Part shown: piece by piece, positions 22,989 to 25,183 of the stretch | Position numbering within the stretch: the first letter of the stretch is position 1 | Layout of the letters: each line of letters opens with the position of its first letter | IMG/VR virus record: IMGVR_UViG_3300005611_000181 | Span: 1-25,183 of that record | Origin: a virus | Taxonomy: Duplodnaviria > Caudoviricetes | Direction: 5' to 3' (one strand) | DNA length: 25,183 nucleotides | Program-made: the position numbers and the translations under genes | Notes under the pieces: generated by a model | Seen by the model: only the letters and a program-made list of their open reading frames with translations | Database searches by the model: none | What the model was told of the DNA's origin: nothing

Positions 22989-25183
22989 ATGGCTAGAGAA
23001 CCGATTGCGGGATTAGTGGTTCCGTCTCAGCTTGACGAGGGTGAGATGGCGGCGGAGTTGGAGCTTGAGATACCAGACTCTGGCCAAGAGCCTTTATTCA
23101 CGGACCTTGGTGATGAGATAGAGATCATTGAGGAAGAGAACGGAGACGTTATTGTAGATTTCGAGCCTATGGCTGAGATGCCGGAGGGTGGTTTTGATGA
23201 GAACTTGGCGGAGACGCTCCCTGATAGTGAGTTGGCGCGTATTTCTGGTGATTTGTTAGATGAGTTTGATTCTAACAAGTCGTCTCGTCAGGAGTGGGAA
23301 GACACGTATTCTAATGGTTTAGAGTTGCTTGGTTTCAGTTATGAGGACCGGACGCAGCCGTTCCGTGGAGCCTCTGGTGTGACTCACCCGTTGTTAGCGG
23401 AGGCTGCTACTCAGTTTCAGGCGCAGGCGTTTAATGAATTGTTGCCTTCTTCTGGTCCTGTTCGCACTGTTGTTTTGGGCAAGGAGACGCGAGACAAGGT
23501 TGATCAGGCGGCGCGTGTTAAGCAGTTTATGAACTATTACATTACGAATGTGATGGAAGAGTACACGCCTGACATGGACCAGATGCTGTTTTATCTTCCG
23601 TTGGCGGGTAGTACGTTTAAGAAGGTGTACTATGATTCGAACTTGAGTCGGATTGTGGCGAAGTTTGTGCCTGCTGAGAACTTGGTGGTACCTTACGACA
23701 CGTCTGATTTGGAGACATGTCCGAATGTGACGCAGGTTGTGAAGATGTCGTTGAACGATCTGCGTAAGATGCAGGTTGGAGGGTTTTATTTAGACATACC
23801 TGTTTTGCCTTCGCAGCAGGAGACGGACGAAGTAACGTCTGAGATGGATCGGATTGGAGGATTCGAGCCGTCGCATGTTGATTATGACTGTACATTGTTG
23901 GAGTGCCACGTTGATTTGGACCTGATGGGTCACGAGGATATGGACGAGGATGGCGAGCCAACGGGCATTAAATTGCCTTATGTGGTGACGATTTCGCAGG
24001 ATAACGGGCAGATATTGTCGATTCGGCGAAATTATCGTGAAGACGACCCGATACGCAAGAAGATCAACTACTTCGTGCATTACAAGTTCCTACCGGGCTT
24101 TGGGTTCTATGGATTGGGTCTGATTCACACTATTGGCGGTCTATCCCGTACCGCCACGGCAGCACTGAGGCAGTTGATCGACGCCGGTACATTGTCCAAC
24201 CTCCCTGCTGGCTTTAAAGCCAGAGGACTTCGTATCAGAGATGACGACGATCCGCTTCAGCCCGGTGAGTTCCGCGACGTGGACGCGCCGGGTGGGGCTA
24301 TCCGAGATAGCCTCATGCCGCTGCCCTTTAAGGGACCCGACCAGACACTGTTTAACCTGTTAGGTTTTGTGGTTCAGGCGGGTCAAAGGTTCGCGACCAT
24401 TACAGACATGAAGGTGGGCGACGGCAATCAGCAAGCGGCTGTTGGCACGACTATCGCCATGTTGGAACAGGGTTCGCGGGTCATGAGTGCTGTGCATAAG
24501 CGGTTGCACTATGCGATGCGTCAGGAGTTCAAGATATTGGCTCGTGTGATGAGCGAGAGCTTACCGCAGGAGTATCCGTATAGTGTCGCGGGCGACGATC
24601 AGACGATCATGGCGGAGGATTTTGATGATCGTGTGGATGTGGTTCCTGTATCTAATCCGAATGTATTTAGTCAGGCGCAGCGGATTGCTTTGGCTCAGAC
24701 TAAGTTGCAGTTAGCGGCACAGGCTCCTGATATGCACAACATGCACGAGGTGTTTAGGGACATGTACGAGGCTTTGGGTGTTACTGATACGGATCGCATT
24801 ATGAAAGCGATGCCGGAAGAGGACCCGCGGCCCACGGACCCTGCGCAGGAGAACATCAACGCGATGGATCAGATACCGTTGTACGCGTTTCAGGGTCAGA
24901 ACCATCAGGCGCATATTATGTCGCACTTGGTGTTTGGTTCTAGTCCGATGGTTGCGAATATGCCGCCGGTTGCTATTTCTATGCAGAAGCACGTCATGGA
25001 GCATGTTAAGATAGCTGCTGAAGAGCAGGCTATGTCTCAGATGCAGCAGATGGGTCCTATGGACGCGGATCAGCAAGAGATTCAATTCCAAGCGATGGTT
25101 GCTCAGTTTGTAGCGGAAGGCATGCAGCAAGCAAAGGCGATGTCGGCACAGATCAGCGGGGCTGGTCAGCCGGACCCCTTGGT
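22989..25183 (+). CDS. Portal protein, 3'-truncated (absent from ORF track)
   Basis: RBS GGAG and ATG 22989. Translates as MAREPIAG...SRQEWEDTYSNGLELLG...PFRGASGVTHPLLAEAATQFQAQA. It directly follows terL and appears open to the window end. Confidence 0.88.
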   Translation, partial: MAREPIAGLVVPSQLDEGEMAAELELEIPDSGQEPLFTDLGDEIEIIEEENGDVIVDFEPMAEMPEGGFDENLAETLPDSELARISGDLLDEFDSNKSSRQEWEDTYSNGLELLGFSYEDRTQPFRGASGVTHPLLAEAATQFQAQAFNELLPSSGPVRTVVLGKETRDKVDQAARVKQFMNYYITNVMEEYTPDMDQMLFYLPLAGSTFKKVYYDSNLSRIVAKFVPAENLVVPYDTSDLETCPNVTQVVKMSLNDLRKMQVGGFYLDIPVLPSQQETDEVTSEMDRIGGFEPSHVDYDCTLLECHVDLDLMGHEDMDEDGEPTGIKLPYVVTISQDNGQILSIRRNYREDDPIRKKINYFVHYKFLPGFGFYGLGLIHTIGGLSRTATAALRQLIDAGTLSNLPAGFKARGLRIRDDDDPLQPGEFRDVDAPGGAIRDSLMPLPFKGPDQTLFNLLGFVVQAGQRFATITDMKVGDGNQQAAVGTTIAMLEQGSRVMSAVHKRLHYAMRQEFKILARVMSESLPQEYPYSVAGDDQTIMAEDFDDRVDVVPVSNPNVFSQAQRIALAQTKLQLAAQAPDMHNMHEVFRDMYEALGVTDTDRIMKAMPEEDPRPTDPAQENINAMDQIPLYAFQGQNHQAHIMSHLVFGSSPMVANMPPVAISMQKHVMEHVKIAAEEQAMSQMQQMGPMDADQQEIQFQAMVAQFVAEGMQQAKAMSAQISGAGQPDPL

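Noticed and set aside
660-25130. Numerous short antisense or alternate-frame ORFs in the track
   Set aside because: They are shadows of longer motif-bearing genes, including those opposite the portal gene, and lack RBSs or recognisable motifs.
1-25183. tRNA, rRNA, integrase/att sites, introns, inteins or reverse-transcriptase systems
   Set aside because: None were recognised. PolA, TerL and the helicases are uninterrupted and of ordinary length.

Overview
This window is a segment of a tailed dsDNA bacteriophage genome. Its architecture resembles marine Alphaproteobacteria podophages of the HTVC023P/CRP-901 kind; that placement is inferred from gene content and is unverified. From left to right it carries: the ends of two large internal virion/ejection protein genes (the second with a lytic transglycosylase domain); a minus-strand SNF2-type helicase; a replication operon (putative SSB, AEP primase, UvrD-like helicase, family A DNA polymerase with Leu762); a compact control locus (RHH regulator between two terminator-ended anti-Shine-Dalgarno RNA segments); a run of small accessory genes; an iteron/inverted-repeat element; terS and a VRR-NUC nuclease; a block of accessory genes, three of which share a promoter-hairpin-RBS cassette; a non-coding palindromic region; terL; and a portal gene running off the end. 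The best candidate for a new system is a regulatory circuit with three parts: a heptamer operator (TATGGGA/TATGCGA family, 10-bp period) at about ten intergenic sites, an Arc-like RHH protein, and two putative small RNAs complementary to the ribosome-binding leaders of the accessory genes. A perfect H-type RNA pseudoknot also sits in front of the primase RBS. All calls were made by eye, with no database searches or folding computations.
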